Shown in pieces: positions 1 to 9,238 of a DNA stretch of 64,000 bases (positions are counted from its first letter, which is position 1; each line of letters starts with the position of its first letter). The position numbers and the translations under genes were made by a program. Below the pieces are notes generated by a model. That model did not search any database. It was given only the letters and a program-made list of their open reading frames with translations, and was not told the DNA's origin. Source of the stretch: Gemmatimonadales bacterium (GTDB lineage: Bacteria; Gemmatimonadota; Gemmatimonadetes; Gemmatimonadales; GWC2-71-9); contig JBFGJG010000004.1 in NCBI GenBank assembly GCA_041577295.1, positions 71,816 through 135,815 of the forward strand. The letters are read 5' to 3'.

Positions 1-72
1 GGCCACGATGGCGGTCCGGTCCGAAGCCGCCCGGGCGCGGCTGATGAGCGGTAGGTCTTCAGAGTCGGTCAC
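1..72 (-). CDS. N-terminus of a probable acyl-CoA synthetase/AMP-binding enzyme (partial, runs off the left edge)
   Basis: GTG at 72 opens a frame reading MTDSEDLPLISRARAASDRTAIVA to base 1. This resembles the 'LPLI.RA....DRTAI' start of AMP-binding enzymes. Only 24 codons are visible and the frame is not in the ORF track. Confidence 0.35.
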   Translation of the reverse strand, partial: MTDSEDLPLISRARAASDRTAIVA

Positions 73-312
73 TATTGATTGCTGGCTGGAGGGGTCCTTC
101 ATCCCGACCGTGAGCGCTTGTGATGTGCGAGCGCAACACCTCGCCCCAAAAGTCGGCTCTCGATCGGTTTCACGAATCCCCGTACGTGCATGAGGAATCG
201 AAACTTAGTGATCGGTATGGCACTTGCCAGTCCGGAGTGAATGAAAGGCCGGGACGGCGCCCGCCCTGCCAGACAGCACGACGAGGACCATCGAAAGGAG
301 GGGTTCGGCTAC

Positions 313-1179
313 ATGTCGCCGTCCCACGGTACCCGCTTGCGGCAGCATGTCGCGGCCAGCCCGATCACACCGTTCATCGGTATCTACGACGTTTTTTCCG
401 CGACGATCGCCGCGCGACATTTCCCGGCGTTGTTCGTAAGCGGCTTCGGTTTCTCCGCCAGTCACTACGGGCTTCCAGATCTCGGGTACATCGCCTGGTC
501 CGATTTGGTGCAGTTCGTCCAGCGGGTGCGTACGGTTCTGCCAGAACACCACCTGCTGGTGGACATTGACGATGGGTACGGCGATCCGGATGTGGCAGCG
601 CACGTAGTCGCGCTTCTCGAGGCCGTCGGTGCCTCGGGCGTCGTGCTCGAGGATCAACGTCGTCCCCGTCGATGCGGTCACTTCAGCGGTAAGCAGCTCC
701 TCGATTTGGATGTCTTCGTGAAGAAGCTCCACAAGGTTCTCGGCGCGAGACAGGATCTCTTGGTTATCGCCCGCACGGACGCGACTGAGGCAGATGAAAT
801 TGGACGCCGTGTCCATGCCTATGCGGAGGTTGGTGCCGACGCGGTGCTGGTGGATGGTGTAGAAGATCTGAACGTCATCCGGCGGCTTGCTGGCCAGATT
901 CAGGTGCCATTCACTTTCAATCAAATCGCCGGTGGCAAATCGCCCGCCGCTGATTTGACACAACTCGAGGCTCTCGGCGTGTCACTCGTCATCTATAGCA
1001 CGCCGTGTCTGTTCGCTGCTCAAGACGCGATGCACGCAGCGTTGGTGAATCTCAAACTGCAAAACGGACTCGTAAACCAGCAAGGCGATGCGCTCGTCGA
1101 TGTTGGTCAATGCACGCAGCTCCTGCGCGAGAATCAATCACGCCGTTTCTTTTTGAACAGTGAACCCTCTCCCGTTTAG
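313..1179 (+). CDS. Isocitrate lyase/PEP mutase superfamily enzyme (PrpB/oxaloacetate hydrolase/carboxy-PEP mutase-like)
   Basis: Motifs SGFGFSAS, GLPD, VDIDDGYG, LEDQ..PRRCGH, IARTDA. Start placed at ATG 313 after AAGGAG (ORF track starts at 241). Confidence 0.85.
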   Translation: MSPSHGTRLRQHVAASPITPFIGIYDVFSATIAARHFPALFVSGFGFSASHYGLPDLGYIAWSDLVQFVQRVRTVLPEHHLLVDIDDGYGDPDVAAHVVALLEAVGASGVVLEDQRRPRRCGHFSGKQLLDLDVFVKKLHKVLGARQDLLVIARTDATEADEIGRRVHAYAEVGADAVLVDGVEDLNVIRRLAGQIQVPFTFNQIAGGKSPAADLTQLEALGVSLVIYSTPCLFAAQDAMHAALVNLKLQNGLVNQQGDALVDVGQCTQLLRENQSRRFFLNSEPSPV

Positions 1180-1185
1180 CGCCCT

Positions 1186-2721
1186 ATGTTTCTGAACGCC
1201 CAAGTTGGCAGACTGATCGATCCCATCGGCGGGCGCCGCTGGAATCACGATCAGATCCGCTCAGAGTTCTCGTATCGCGTCTGTTTTCTGGCTGAGCACG
1301 GCTTCTGTACCGGCGACCGTGTATTTCTGCATTACGGAAACACGCTCGAGTTTTTCGTGGATTTGCTCGCGATCTGGTATTTGGGGGGATGTGCCATCCC
1401 CATCGATCCACGACTCACGCATTTCGAGATCGATACGTTGGCACAGGCGGCAAGCCCGCGATTCTCGCTTTGGATCGACGCTCCACATGGCGATACCGCG
1501 GCCTCGCTCTCCGTTCGGGGCACGCAGATTCTCAAGATGCCCGAGGCGGGTGCGGATACACCAGCTGCCCCGAGCGGGGTAGCGGTACCGAGTCAGTTGT
1601 CCCTCGAACAGGATGCCTTGATCCTGTTCACATCGGGCACGACTGGCCAACCAAAGGGCGTGGTGCACACCCACCGGTCGCTACGCGCACGGTGGATGGC
1701 TCTGCGGCAGAGCCTGGGGACGAGGGTCTTTGAGCGCTCACTGTGCTTGTTACCGACGCACTTTGGTCACGGATTGATTTGCAATTCCCTCTTTCCGTGG
1801 CTCACAGGGCGGGACCTCTACGTCGCGCCACCCTTTCGCGCTGACCTCCTCCTACAGCTCGGCGCGCTCCTCGACGAGCATGAGATCACGTTCATGTCGT
1901 CGGTCCCTTCGGTGTGGCGCCTCGCCCTGAAAACGGCTCGGCCACCACAGAAGCGGACGCTGCGTAGCGTCTTCTGTGGGTCAGCACCCCTGTCGGCGCA
2001 CCTCTGGCGCGAGATTGCGAAGTGGACAAGCGCCAAGGCCGTGATCAATTCCTATGGCATCACGGAGACGGGAAGCTGGGTAGCGGGAACAACCATTCCC
2101 AAGTTCACCCCGGAGGACGGTCTGATCGGTGTCCCTTGGGGTGCGACGGTCAAGATCCTCAAGACGTCGGACACCGAGACCCCCCCTGCATTCGCCGAGG
2201 AGTGCGATGCGGGTGAAGAGGGTTTCGTGTGGCTCAACACGCCGGCCTTGATGAAGGGGTATCTGGATCGCGACGACCTCACCAAAAAGGTGGTCAGCCA
2301 GGGTTGGTTCATGACAGGCGACATCGGCACGATTCGCAACGACAGGCTGTACTTATGTGGCAGGGCGCGGGAGGAGATCAACAAAGGTGGGATGAAGGTC
2401 CATCCTGGGGATGTCGATGCTGTAGTTGAACGCTTCGCGGCCACGAGGGATGTCTGCACCTTTGCGGTCGATGATCAACTATATGGGCAGAATGTCGCGG
2501 TGGCAGTCGTGCTCGACGATCCGTCACCCGCCGCGCTCACCGAGCTCCAGGGCTGGGTACGGGAGCGCGTGGCGGACCACAAGGTGCCGGTACGCTGGTA
2601 CGTGCTCGATTCGATTCCCCGTACGTCACGAGGCAAGGTCAACCGTGACGATGTGGCGCGACATTGTGCGCCCCGGCAACCCGACCTGCCCCGTCCGAAC
2701 GCCACGGGCAACGCGGCGTAA
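1186..2721 (+). CDS. AMP-binding (class I adenylate-forming) acyl-CoA/acyl-ACP ligase
   Basis: FTSGTTGQPKG P-loop, SYGITETG, TGDIG, INKGGMKV, PRTSRGKV. Confidence 0.9.
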   Translation: MFLNAQVGRLIDPIGGRRWNHDQIRSEFSYRVCFLAEHGFCTGDRVFLHYGNTLEFFVDLLAIWYLGGCAIPIDPRLTHFEIDTLAQAASPRFSLWIDAPHGDTAASLSVRGTQILKMPEAGADTPAAPSGVAVPSQLSLEQDALILFTSGTTGQPKGVVHTHRSLRARWMALRQSLGTRVFERSLCLLPTHFGHGLICNSLFPWLTGRDLYVAPPFRADLLLQLGALLDEHEITFMSSVPSVWRLALKTARPPQKRTLRSVFCGSAPLSAHLWREIAKWTSAKAVINSYGITETGSWVAGTTIPKFTPEDGLIGVPWGATVKILKTSDTETPPAFAEECDAGEEGFVWLNTPALMKGYLDRDDLTKKVVSQGWFMTGDIGTIRNDRLYLCGRAREEINKGGMKVHPGDVDAVVERFAATRDVCTFAVDDQLYGQNVAVAVVLDDPSPAALTELQGWVRERVADHKVPVRWYVLDSIPRTSRGKVNRDDVARHCAPRQPDLPRPNATGNAA

Positions 2722-3002
2722 TGGCACTCGGCGGACACCACGAGATCCGAGAACGACTCATCGCGTTCCTTGGCGAGCTGGACGTCGCCGTCGACACCCG
2801 CACGCCCGATGACGCACCCCTGATCGACTCCGGCGTGCTCGACTCGCTGGGAATCCTGAAGCTCGCCCTCTGGGTCGAGCAACAGGTGGGACGGCCGCTA
2901 GATCCTGCTAGCCTCGACTTGCCGGGTGATTGGAACACCCTCGAGCGCATCACGACTTTCATTGCCAGTCGGATCGATGACGACCGCTCATCCGCCGCAT
3001 AG
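2721..3002 (+). CDS. Acyl carrier protein
   Basis: LIDSGVLDSLGIL phosphopantetheine-site motif in a 93-aa protein. Its ATG overlaps the TAA of the ligase (TAATG). Confidence 0.85.
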   Translation: MALGGHHEIRERLIAFLGELDVAVDTRTPDDAPLIDSGVLDSLGILKLALWVEQQVGRPLDPASLDLPGDWNTLERITTFIASRIDDDRSSAA

Positions 3003-3045
3003 CACCGCCATCCCTGGAACGGCGCCGCGGCAAATCCCACTCCGT

Positions 3046-4182
3046 ATGAATAGCTACGACGTCGTTCCATACGCCCCAGAGCACAAAACCAGAGTACTCG
3101 CTCTGCTCAAGCACCTCGGGCGGACGCGGTTACCCGAACGCACCGCGTACTTCGAATGGAAGTTCGAACGAAATCCGTATATCGAGCCGCTGCTCTACGT
3201 TTCGCTCGCGGGCGACGAGGTCGTGGGGATGCGGGGCATCTTCGGGACGCGGTGGGAGATCGACGGGCAACGACACGTGCTTCCCTGCGCGACGAATCTC
3301 GTCATCGCTCCAGAGCACAGGCGCCGCGGGATCGTGAAGCAGGTGATGGATGCGGTGATGGCGGAACTTTGCCGCCGCGGGTTCCCGTACGTGATCAACA
3401 CGAGCGCCACCAGCATCACTCATCTAGCGTCGCTGAGTCTCGGCTGGCGTGGCATCGGGGCACTCGGTGACATGCGACAGGGGACGGTCAGCGATCACCA
3501 ACTGTTCGCGTCGACCTCGAGTCCTGTTCGACGATACGTCACGAGGCTGTTTCGACGCGGACGTGCCTACGCTAAGCGCCGGTTGTTTGGGAGTCGCGCA
3601 CCATTTTCCCGGTTCGACCGCGCAACGCGCGAGCGGCCGATCACAGGGGTTACGGTGCAGAGGACGCCGCGGCCCGAGGCGATGGCCGCGCTCATCGAGC
3701 GAATCGGTCACGACGGCCGTATGCGTCACGTGCGTGACGTCGAGTATCTCCGATGGCGTTACCAAAACCCGCTGGCCGAGTATCGATTTGTGTTTCGCGA
3801 AGGCGACCAAGGCATCGACGGATATCTCGTACTCAGCACCAAGCGACGCGTTCACGCAGACGAGGTGGAGCTGTTCGTTGTCGACCTCGAGGCCACGACG
3901 TCGGATGCACGGTGCGATCTGCTGGGAACCGTGCTGGGGTGGAGTGGGCATGACGCCTTGGCGATCTGGGCTGGCGGATTCGACAGCCGTCTCGCCACGT
4001 TTCTGATTGAACACGATTTTGAACCCACCATCCCGGAAGTGAGCATCACGCAACCCCAACGCACCGTCCTCGTGCGCCCAACGGGGAACTGCGATCGGAA
4101 TGGACCGTGGATGATGGGCAAACGAAACCTGCTGAATGTCGCCAATTGGGATATGCGGATGATCTATTCCGACGGATTCTGA
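3046..4182 (+). CDS. GNAT family acyltransferase (tandem GNAT-like)
   Basis: YFEWKFERNP, VIAPEHRRRGI acyl-CoA-binding motif, second half with EYLRWRY.NP. Start placed at ATG 3046. Confidence 0.75.
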   Translation: MNSYDVVPYAPEHKTRVLALLKHLGRTRLPERTAYFEWKFERNPYIEPLLYVSLAGDEVVGMRGIFGTRWEIDGQRHVLPCATNLVIAPEHRRRGIVKQVMDAVMAELCRRGFPYVINTSATSITHLASLSLGWRGIGALGDMRQGTVSDHQLFASTSSPVRRYVTRLFRRGRAYAKRRLFGSRAPFSRFDRATRERPITGVTVQRTPRPEAMAALIERIGHDGRMRHVRDVEYLRWRYQNPLAEYRFVFREGDQGIDGYLVLSTKRRVHADEVELFVVDLEATTSDARCDLLGTVLGWSGHDALAIWAGGFDSRLATFLIEHDFEPTIPEVSITQPQRTVLVRPTGNCDRNGPWMMGKRNLLNVANWDMRMIYSDGF

Positions 4183-4389
4183 CCCCGCCAACCCCGCTCC
4201 ATTCCCCACGTTCCACCGCCCGCTCCGAATCGGCATTAAGTGGCAGTGAGCAGGCCCGAGCCCATCCAAGAGCTCACTGCTCGCTGTTCAACCCCTCTCG
4301 CACCGCTGCACTCCACGTGTAACTTTTCCCGGCGATTCCATACGCCGAGCCACAATGACCTCTCATCCTGTGGAAGCCCGCCCGTCACA

Positions 4390-5856
4390 GTGACCGACAC
4401 TACGTCGCGTGAGGCGCGCTCCGGTCTCGATCCATGGGTCGAGAAAGAGCTTCCGCTTCCGCCCAATCCTCGCGGGCTCGCGTGGATCGGCACGGTAGGC
4501 CCTGGGGTCATCGTGCTCGGTGCGTCGATCGGGAGCGGCGAGTTCTTGCTTGGTCCAGCGGCCTTTGTCCAGTACGGTCTGTCCCTCCTCTGGGTGACTG
4601 CGGTAGCCGCGTTTCTGCAAACCGTCTTCAACACTGAACTGATGCGATATACGCTGGCGACGGGGGAACCAGCCTTCACGGGATTCATGCGGACCAAGCC
4701 GCACTCGTCGTTCTGGGCCTCCGTGTATTCGCTGCTGTACATCCTGCAGTTGGGGTGGCCTGGTTGGGCTGGGGCAGCGGCGGGTGCCATCTTCTTCCTT
4801 TTTGCGGGCCGCCTCGCCGAGGCTACGGATGCCAGCGCCGTCTATGTCATCGGCGTTGCGGCGTTTCTCCTGTGCGTCGCAATTCTCCTAGTCGGCCGGC
4901 GCATCGAGCGTACGCTCGAAATTCTCAACTGGATCCTCGTTGTGACCATTCTCGGGGGGTTTCTGGTCATCGGACTCGTGCTCGTCGCACCAGCGACCTG
5001 GGTTGCCGCGATGGCGGGTCTCGTGGGTCTGGACCTTCGATCCGGCAGCTTTGCCTTCCTCCCCGCGGGGGCGGACTTCTTCTTGATCGGCGCGTTTGCC
5101 GCGTACTCCGGCGCCGGTGGAATGATCAACTGCACGCTGTCCAACTGGGCACGTGATAAAGGATACGGCATGAGCCGGCACTCTGGATATATCCCCGCCG
5201 CGGTAGGTGGTCGAGCCGTCCACCTCGCCCACACCGGGTTTCGGTTTCGGCCGACGGCAGAGATGATGGAGCGCTGGCGGGGGTGGTGGCGCATCGTCCG
5301 CGCAGACCAGTGGGGTGTGTACTTCGTTGGCGCGTTACTCGGCATGATATTACCCGCGGTGCTCTATGTGACGTTCATTCCCGCGGGCACGGACATCCGT
5401 GGGCTTGGCGTAGCGGCAGAGTTGGCGGGCGCGCTCCGAGCTCGAGGTGAGCTCCTGGCGCTGCTCGTTGCGTTTCTGGGTGCATGGATTCTCTTCAAGA
5501 CACAGCTCGACATTCTCGATGGGATGACGCGGGGGCTCACGGACATTCTCTGGACGGGTAATCGACAGTTACGCAGCTCCCGAATGGACGTGCGCGCGGT
5601 GTACTACGTCGTGCTGACCCTTGTCGTCATCTGGGGCATTATCGCACTCCGCCTGACGCAACCGATAGTGCTACTGCAGCTGGGCGCCAACATGGCAGGC
5701 ATCGTGTTTATCATCGCATCGTTGCACTTGCTGTATGTCAACACGACGCTGCTACCATTGGAATTGCGCCCACCCATGTGGCGGCGTGTCGCGCTAGTCG
5801 CAGTGGCTCTGTTTTACGGAGCGTTTGTCACACTCTGGCTGACGAGTGTGTGGTGA
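4390..5856 (+). CDS. Nramp-like/APC superfamily membrane transporter
   Basis: GPGVIVLGASIGSGE TM1 motif and many hydrophobic segments. Start uncertain (GTG 4390; ORF open from 4240). Confidence 0.75.
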   Translation: MTDTTSREARSGLDPWVEKELPLPPNPRGLAWIGTVGPGVIVLGASIGSGEFLLGPAAFVQYGLSLLWVTAVAAFLQTVFNTELMRYTLATGEPAFTGFMRTKPHSSFWASVYSLLYILQLGWPGWAGAAAGAIFFLFAGRLAEATDASAVYVIGVAAFLLCVAILLVGRRIERTLEILNWILVVTILGGFLVIGLVLVAPATWVAAMAGLVGLDLRSGSFAFLPAGADFFLIGAFAAYSGAGGMINCTLSNWARDKGYGMSRHSGYIPAAVGGRAVHLAHTGFRFRPTAEMMERWRGWWRIVRADQWGVYFVGALLGMILPAVLYVTFIPAGTDIRGLGVAAELAGALRARGELLALLVAFLGAWILFKTQLDILDGMTRGLTDILWTGNRQLRSSRMDVRAVYYVVLTLVVIWGIIALRLTQPIVLLQLGANMAGIVFIIASLHLLYVNTTLLPLELRPPMWRRVALVAVALFYGAFVTLWLTSVW

Positions 5857-5962
5857 TTGGGCTCGGGTGCCCGATCGCCATTGCTCTAGCGCGCACGCTG
5901 CACGAGGTGCACACTCCAGGACCGAAGGAGTAGGGAGTAGTCTGTTGCACGGAAGGGAAGCC

Positions 5963-7114
5963 GTGTCACGAAGCGAGTCGAGTTTGGTTCGCAGAGGTAC
6001 AGCGTTGGTGCTTGCATCCGTTGGTGTGACCGTGACGGGATGCCAACCTGCGCCCGCAGATCTTATCGCCGAACGAATCGTCATCGCCCTGTCGCCGGAA
6101 CCCGGCGAATACGCGATCGTGCGATACAATGCGGATGCACAGCCTGCGGTCTCGGACGCGTTGGCACGGGCGCTCGAGGCACGCGGCGCGGAAGTTGAGC
6201 TACTCCCCTATGGTTCTGTGTCTGACTTCGACCAGCGTATCGCCGGCGCGGATATTTACGTGCGGTTGCCGGACCCGACTGGTGATGGGACGACCGCCGA
6301 GCAGCAGTTAGCACTCGCGAATTGGCTTGATGCTGGTCGCGGGCGCCAGGTCCACTTCCATTGGGGCGCCGGCACCATGGGCGCCGATGGTGTGCCTGGT
6401 GAGCATTCGCCAGTGTACGATGCACTCTATCTCGATGCGCTCGCCGTCGACTATCAGGAGCTCGACCGACACCAGGACGTGGCGATAGAGGCGCTCAAAT
6501 CAGGGCTCGTGCGGGTGACGACGCCTGCCGGCACTGACCTCACGTTTGAGGTTCGAGACCGCCCTTTCAACAAACAAAATGGTGACGCGTCACGCAGGCA
6601 GATGGCACGTGCTCGGACCCGGATCGACCGGGAGATCGAGCTCCCGGCGGGCGTGGTCCGCGTGGCACCTATAGAGACTTCGGTGACCGGAGCCCTCGTC
6701 GTGCCGTTTGCACGTTTCCCGGGAGGCAACGTCCACGGTCTCAGGCTTCAGTTCGAGCGGGGGGCGGTGACGACCATTGAGGCGAGCGAGGGTGCCGAGT
6801 TCGTTCGCACGGCCGTGACGCAGATGCCGGCACTTACGCGCTTTCGCGAGTTGGGCATTGGGTTCAATCCGGTGCTCCGCCCCCTCCCCGATGAACAGTG
6901 GATTCCCTACTACGGGTATGGCGAGGGAGTTGTGCGGCTCAGCCTCGGGAACAATCGAGAGCTCGGAGGCGAGGTGGATGGAGTAGGGGTCCGGTGGTTC
7001 TTCTTCCCAGATGCAACGGTTCGTGTCGGACAACAGGTGATCATCGAAGACGGTGAGTTGGTCATGGTACCGCACTTGTCCGGCATCTCGCTGCTGGGCA
7101 CGCAACGGGATTGA
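5963..7114 (+). CDS. Putative lipoprotein, aminopeptidase T (M29)-like
   Basis: VTTPAGTDLTF, ELPAG..RVAP, ELGIGFNP, SLGNN..LGG resemble M29-type peptidases. Lipobox-like VTGC. GTG 5963 follows GGAAGG. Confidence 0.6.
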   Translation: MSRSESSLVRRGTALVLASVGVTVTGCQPAPADLIAERIVIALSPEPGEYAIVRYNADAQPAVSDALARALEARGAEVELLPYGSVSDFDQRIAGADIYVRLPDPTGDGTTAEQQLALANWLDAGRGRQVHFHWGAGTMGADGVPGEHSPVYDALYLDALAVDYQELDRHQDVAIEALKSGLVRVTTPAGTDLTFEVRDRPFNKQNGDASRRQMARARTRIDREIELPAGVVRVAPIETSVTGALVVPFARFPGGNVHGLRLQFERGAVTTIEASEGAEFVRTAVTQMPALTRFRELGIGFNPVLRPLPDEQWIPYYGYGEGVVRLSLGNNRELGGEVDGVGVRWFFFPDATVRVGQQVIIEDGELVMVPHLSGISLLGTQRD

Positions 7115-7118
7115 GTAC

Positions 7119-7700
7119 ATGACGTGGATCAGGACCGTCGCTCCGGACACAGCTGACGGTCTCGTGGGACGACTATACGACGCCTTTCGTCATCAGTACG
7201 GCTTCATCCCCAACATTCGGCGCGCGCTGAGCCTCAATCCAGAGGCTCTCAGGGCGTACGTACAGTTGAGCGGTGCCGTTTACGGTGGTGGTGTGCTCGC
7301 GCCGGAAGAGCGCGAGATGATTGCCACTGTGGTGAGCGCCATCAACAGGTGCAAATACTGAAGAGATGCTCACGCAGAGTTTCTGCGCAAGCTGACCGGT
7401 AACGATGATTTGATTGAAGCGCTGAAGCGAGATTGGCACACGGCTTCGCTGACGTCTCGCCAACGGACGATCCTAGCGTACACCGAGAAGCTCAGCGTGC
7501 GCCCAAGCGAGATGACCGCTGAAGATTTGGCGACGTTGCGTGCCGAGGGCCTGAATGACGAGGCCATTCTCGCCATAGTGTTGGTCGCAGGGTTTTTCCA
7601 GCTGGCAACTCGTATTGCCGATGCGCTGGGCGTGGAACTCGATCCGGAGCTGACCCGTGGAACCGAAGCCTATGCAAAGTTTTTTCACGGCTCGACGTAG
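7119..7700 (+). CDS. AhpD/CMD-like peroxidase-related protein, probable selenoprotein (in-frame TGA 7359-7361, U81)
   Basis: EREMIATVVSAINRCKY-TGA-RDAHAEFLRKLTG continues in frame into the 7410..7700 ORF and restores the AhpD CxxCxxxH motif as CxxUxxxH. 193 aa if read through. Confidence 0.85.
7368..7392 (+). promoter_or_regulatory. Candidate bacterial SECIS element
   Basis: Hairpin GCT-ca-CGCAGA-gtt-TCTGCG-ca-AGC. The apical loop begins with G, and 17 nt separate it from the TGA. Confidence 0.6.
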
Positions 7701-9189
7701 CGGTAGTCTCAGACGGATTGTCTGGGCGGCCACACTTCTTGGGATGGCGCAGGCCTGCGGAGGTGGCTCCGAGTCGTATGATGCGGTGCTCGCCAATGGT
7801 CGGGTCATGGATCCCGAGTCCGGGCTGGACGCCGTGCGTCATGTAGGGGTTCTCGATGGCAGAATCGCTGCCATCTCGACCGATCCACTGACCGGCGCGG
7901 ACGTCATCGACGCCAGCGGGTTAGTGGTTGCTCCCGGCTTCATCGACCTCCATGCACATGGTCAGGACACGACGAGCAACAAGTACCAAGCACGAGACGG
8001 GGTAACGACGGCGCTCGACTTGGAGGGAGGGGTCTTCCCCGTAGCGTCGTGGTACCGGTTCCGTGAGGGCAAGGCGGTGATCAACTACGGCGCCACGGTG
8101 GGACACATAGCCGCCAGAATCAAACTAAAGCACGATATCGACGTCGGGCACTTCTCCACCAGTCGAGATCCCAACTTGGGTGGTGAACGGTTACGAGCAG
8201 CGACATACGATGTGGCGACGTCGGAAGAGCTGGAGCGCCTCGTCGCGCTGCTCGCGCGTGGACTCGACGAGGGAGCGCTCGGCGTTGGGATGGGACTTGC
8301 CTACACACCGGGTGCCCGCCGGGGCGAGGCGTTGCGCGTCTTCGAGCTGGCGGCGCGAGAAGAGGTGCCGGTGTTCGCACATGTTAGATCTGCCGGTGAG
8401 ATCGAGCCGGGCAGCAGCATCGAGGCTGTTCAAGAGGTCATCGCAAATGCGGTGGCCACCGGAGCCTCGCTGCACGTTGTGCACATCACGAGCAGCGGTG
8501 GTCGCCAGACGCCAATGCTCATCGAGATGATCGAGGGAGCACAAGCGCACGGACTGGACATCACAACAGAGGCGTACCCGTACACGGCCTGGTCGACCTA
8601 TATCGAAAGTGCCGTGTTCGATGCGGGGTGGCGCGAGAAGTTTGGCATGGATTACGGGGATGTTCAGTTGGTCTCGACGGGGGAACGGCTCACCCGAACG
8701 ACTTTCGAGCGATACCGCCGGCGGGGTGGCTTGGTGATCGGACACGGTATTCCGGAAGAGGTCGCGGACTACGCCGTAGCGCATCCCGCCGTCATGATTG
8801 CCTCAGATGGACTACCGTTTCGGACCGGTGGAGAGCACCCACGTGGTGCCGGAACGTTCGCCCGCGTGCTCGGCTATTACGCGCGAGAAAAGGGAGCGAT
8901 CACTCTCATGGAGGCGCTGCGCAAGATCACCATCATGCCAGCGAGCCGTCTGGCCCACGTGCCGCAGATGCGCAACAAGGGCCGAATCCGTGTGGGTGCG
9001 GACGCCGACATCACCGTGTTCGACCCACAACAGATCATTGACCGCGCAACTTTCGATGAGTCGATGCGCTTCTCTGACGGCGTGATGCACGTGATGGTTG
9101 GTGGTACTTTCGTCGTCCGGAATGGTATGTCGGTCGATGGCGTCTTCCCTGGTCAAGCCATTCAACGCTCTACGGCCGACGCTCAGTGA
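7672..9189 (+). CDS. N-acyl-D-amino-acid deacylase-like amidohydrolase, lipoprotein
   Basis: APGFIDLHAH, TEAYPYTA, MIASDG, HPRGAGTFARVLG, GADADITVFD. Lipobox AQAC. Confidence 0.85.
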   Translation: MQSFFTARRSGSLRRIVWAATLLGMAQACGGGSESYDAVLANGRVMDPESGLDAVRHVGVLDGRIAAISTDPLTGADVIDASGLVVAPGFIDLHAHGQDTTSNKYQARDGVTTALDLEGGVFPVASWYRFREGKAVINYGATVGHIAARIKLKHDIDVGHFSTSRDPNLGGERLRAATYDVATSEELERLVALLARGLDEGALGVGMGLAYTPGARRGEALRVFELAAREEVPVFAHVRSAGEIEPGSSIEAVQEVIANAVATGASLHVVHITSSGGRQTPMLIEMIEGAQAHGLDITTEAYPYTAWSTYIESAVFDAGWREKFGMDYGDVQLVSTGERLTRTTFERYRRRGGLVIGHGIPEEVADYAVAHPAVMIASDGLPFRTGGEHPRGAGTFARVLGYYAREKGAITLMEALRKITIMPASRLAHVPQMRNKGRIRVGADADITVFDPQQIIDRATFDESMRFSDGVMHVMVGGTFVVRNGMSVDGVFPGQAIQRSTADAQ

Positions 9190-9238
9190 ATCCTTCTATC
9201 CCTTCTAACCACGCTATCCCTTCGATTCCGTGTAGAAT

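Noticed and set aside
313..1179. PEP mutase (pepM) and a phosphonate biosynthesis cluster
   Set aside because: The EDKxxxxxNS motif is absent (CGH type instead), and no phosphonopyruvate decarboxylase or related gene is adjacent.
7359..7361. Genome-wide UGA reassignment or simple nonsense pseudogenes as the explanation for the two in-frame TGAs
   Set aside because: TGA ends many genes here, including ATGA/GTGA coupled junctions, and Trp is encoded by TGG. Two independent nonsense mutations at the same catalytic Cys position are unlikely.
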